From assembly GCA_017451425.1 (NCBI GenBank), contig JAFSPP010000011.1, positions 26,510-90,509 on the forward strand: a DNA stretch of 64,000 nucleotides. Reading direction: 5' to 3'. The notes below the pieces were generated by a model. That model saw only the letters and a program-made list of their open reading frames with translations, was not told where the DNA came from and ran no database searches. The position numbers and the translations under genes are program-made. Below, in pieces: positions 62,461 through 64,000 of the stretch (positions within the stretch are counted from its first letter, which is position 1; every line of letters starts with the position of its first letter). Source of the stretch: Clostridia bacterium. Lineage in GTDB: Bacteria; Bacillota; Clostridia; Oscillospirales; Acutalibacteraceae.

Positions 62461-64000
62461 ATGGTTATCAGATATCTGGATAAGGTCTCAGATGACAAAA
62501 AGGAACTGAAAAAACTTTCGTACAGGGAACTCAATGTTCTGGCTGACGAAATCCGCCGTACGCTGGTGGACACCGTCTCAAAGACGGGCGGACACCTCGC
62601 GTCCAATCTCGGTGTGGTAGAACTGACTATTGCAATGCACAGGTGTTTTGATACACCTAAAGACAATTTTGTATTTGATGTAGGCCATCAGGTGTATACT
62701 CATAAGCTCCTGACAGGCCGTTATAAGGAGTTTTCAACCCTTCGCCAGGACGGAGGCCTCTCAGGCTTCCCGAGCCCGGAGGAGTCTCCCCACGACACTT
62801 TTGCCGCGGGTCATTCCGGAGCGTCCGTCTCGGCAGCGTACGGACTTGTCGAGGCAAAGAACCTCAAAGGCGACGACTCGTATACCGTAGTCGTAATAGG
62901 AGATGGTTCTTTCACCGGCGGCCTGGTCTATGAAGGACTGAACAATGCAGGCCGTAAAAAGGGAAAACTCATCGTTATCTTAAATGACAATGAGATGTCG
63001 ATATCTTCACCGGTAGGTTCCCTTGCAAAGTACCTTACGACATTCAGAACAAACAAGGTCTATTACAAGGTGCGCAACACTGCTATAGATGTCCTGGAAG
63101 TCATCCCCGGCGGTGCGGGAATATCTTCGAGACTCGCGATGGCCAAGAAGATTGTCAAGGACTACATCTACCAGAACAACAATTTCTTCGAAGATCTCGG
63201 ATTCCAGTATATGGGTCCGGTCGACGGACATAACATAAAGGCACTCTGCCGTGCTCTTGAAGGTGCAAAGGAATTTGATGATAAGCCGGTTCTGCTTCAC
63301 GTCCGTACTGTCAAGGGCATGGGATATCAGCCCGCAGAACTTGATCCTTCGCAGTTCCACGGTATATCGAGGTTCAATGTCCTTACGGGCGAGCCTCTCT
63401 CGGTGCCCGGCAAGAAGAACTATTCCGATACCTTCGGTGAACTCCTTTGCGAACTTGCTGCAGAGGACAGGAGAATCTGCGCAATAACCGCTGCAATGGC
63501 TCTCGGTACCGGTCTTGAAGACTTTGCCAAGAGATTCCCGGACAGGTTCTTCGATGTCGGCATTGCCGAAGAGCATGCCGCCACATTCTCGGGCGGTCTG
63601 GCCAAAGGCGGAATGATTCCGGTATTTGCCGTATATTCCACATTCCTGCAGCGAGCCTATGACGAACTGGTCCACGATGTTTCAATGCAGAGCCAGAAGG
63701 TTATTCTGGCAGTTGACCGCGCGGGCTTCGTAGGCGAGGACGGCAGGAGCCATCAGGGCCTGCTCGATGTCGCATTCCTGAAAACCATTCCCGGCTCAAT
63801 GATATACAGTCCGAGCTCCTATGATGAACTCTCGCTTCATCTTCGCAGGGCCGTTGAAAGCGGCGGAAAGGTCGTCGCGGTTCGTTACCCGCGCGGCTAC
63901 GAGGGATATCTGCCTGAAAACTATGTTGCTTCTGATGAGAATGTATCTTTCTTCGGAAAAGAGGGCTCATCTGTGGCAATAGTCACATACGGCAGCCTGT
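62461..64000 (+). CDS. dxs: 1-deoxy-D-xylulose-5-phosphate synthase, 3'-truncated by the window edge
   Basis: ATG 62461 follows GGAGAG. GGHLASNLGVVELTIAMH, FDVGHQVYTHKLLTGR, the TPP motif IGDGSFTGGLVYEGLNNAG, MSISSPVG and IAEEHA. The frame stays open to the end of the window and is absent from the ORF track because it has no stop. Confidence 0.9.
   Translation, partial: MVIRYLDKVSDDKKELKKLSYRELNVLADEIRRTLVDTVSKTGGHLASNLGVVELTIAMHRCFDTPKDNFVFDVGHQVYTHKLLTGRYKEFSTLRQDGGLSGFPSPEESPHDTFAAGHSGASVSAAYGLVEAKNLKGDDSYTVVVIGDGSFTGGLVYEGLNNAGRKKGKLIVILNDNEMSISSPVGSLAKYLTTFRTNKVYYKVRNTAIDVLEVIPGGAGISSRLAMAKKIVKDYIYQNNNFFEDLGFQYMGPVDGHNIKALCRALEGAKEFDDKPVLLHVRTVKGMGYQPAELDPSQFHGISRFNVLTGEPLSVPGKKNYSDTFGELLCELAAEDRRICAITAAMALGTGLEDFAKRFPDRFFDVGIAEEHAATFSGGLAKGGMIPVFAVYSTFLQRAYDELVHDVSMQSQKVILAVDRAGFVGEDGRSHQGLLDVAFLKTIPGSMIYSPSSYDELSLHLRRAVESGGKVVAVRYPRGYEGYLPENYVASDENVSFFGKEGSSVAIVTYGSL

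Noticed and set aside
63007-63979. Minus-strand ORFs (222, 100 and 92 aa) near the right edge.
   Set aside because: They are antisense to dxs, whose TPP and conserved motifs are unambiguous on the plus strand.
1-64000. I searched for CRISPR arrays, tRNA or rRNA genes, transposases, integrases, phage genes, toxin-antitoxin pairs, and long direct or inverted DNA repeats.
   Set aside because: None was recognisable by eye. There were no periodic repeat-spacer patterns, no cloverleaf-like or rRNA-like segments in the intergenic gaps, and no ORF with transposase, recombinase or reverse-transcriptase motifs. A computational repeat, tRNAscan or Rfam scan could still find small elements I missed.

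Overview
This 64-kb window looks like a low-G+C Gram-positive chromosome. Clostridia, possibly Ruminococcus or Oscillospiraceae-like, is a guess from gene content only. Nearly all genes are on the + strand and sit in tight, often overlapping operons. From left to right: (1) A visibly AT-richer glycan cassette: a LicD fragment, a Wzx-like flippase, a GT-C protein with a literal WWDYG oligosaccharyltransferase motif, and a Wzy_C-like membrane protein. It ends just upstream of (2) a type IV pilus locus with pilin, PilD, PilC, PilM, N-like and O-like genes. A second transcription unit follows with a PilX_N-like protein, a minor pilin and an 840-aa pilin-headed giant, then a SipW-type signal peptidase. 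No PilB/PilT ATPase is present. (3) A T-box leader with a probable AUC/Ile specifier precedes an HTH-cupin::acyl-CoA synthetase fusion, a P-loop protein, a four-subunit 2-oxoacid:ferredoxin oxidoreductase and ilvE. I read this as a route from branched-chain fatty acid to branched-chain amino acid. (4) A ZTP (pfl) riboswitch precedes purE, a purF-like gene, purM, purN, a purO-like gene, an AICARFT gene, glyA, purD and purL. The PurF-like protein lacks the N-terminal catalytic Cys. (5) argGCJBDF follows a promoter overlapped by three phased ARG-box-like repeats. (6) A divergent PadR gene has a perfect ATGT-N8-ACAT operator. It faces two DUF3237-like genes, two paralogous esterase-like hydrolases, a CoA-transferase, an acyl-CoA dehydrogenase, etfB, etfA (interrupted by an in-frame TAA), an acyl-CoA ligase, a URO-D-like gene, a small ORF and an MFS transporter. 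This may be a hydroxycinnamate release and reduction locus. (7) GtrA-like and YfhO glycosylation genes are followed by asp23-nusB-(Kae1-like)-xseAB-ispA-dxs. I found no CRISPR arrays, rRNA or tRNA genes, or mobile elements. All family assignments come from motif recognition by eye and need HMM or BLAST confirmation.
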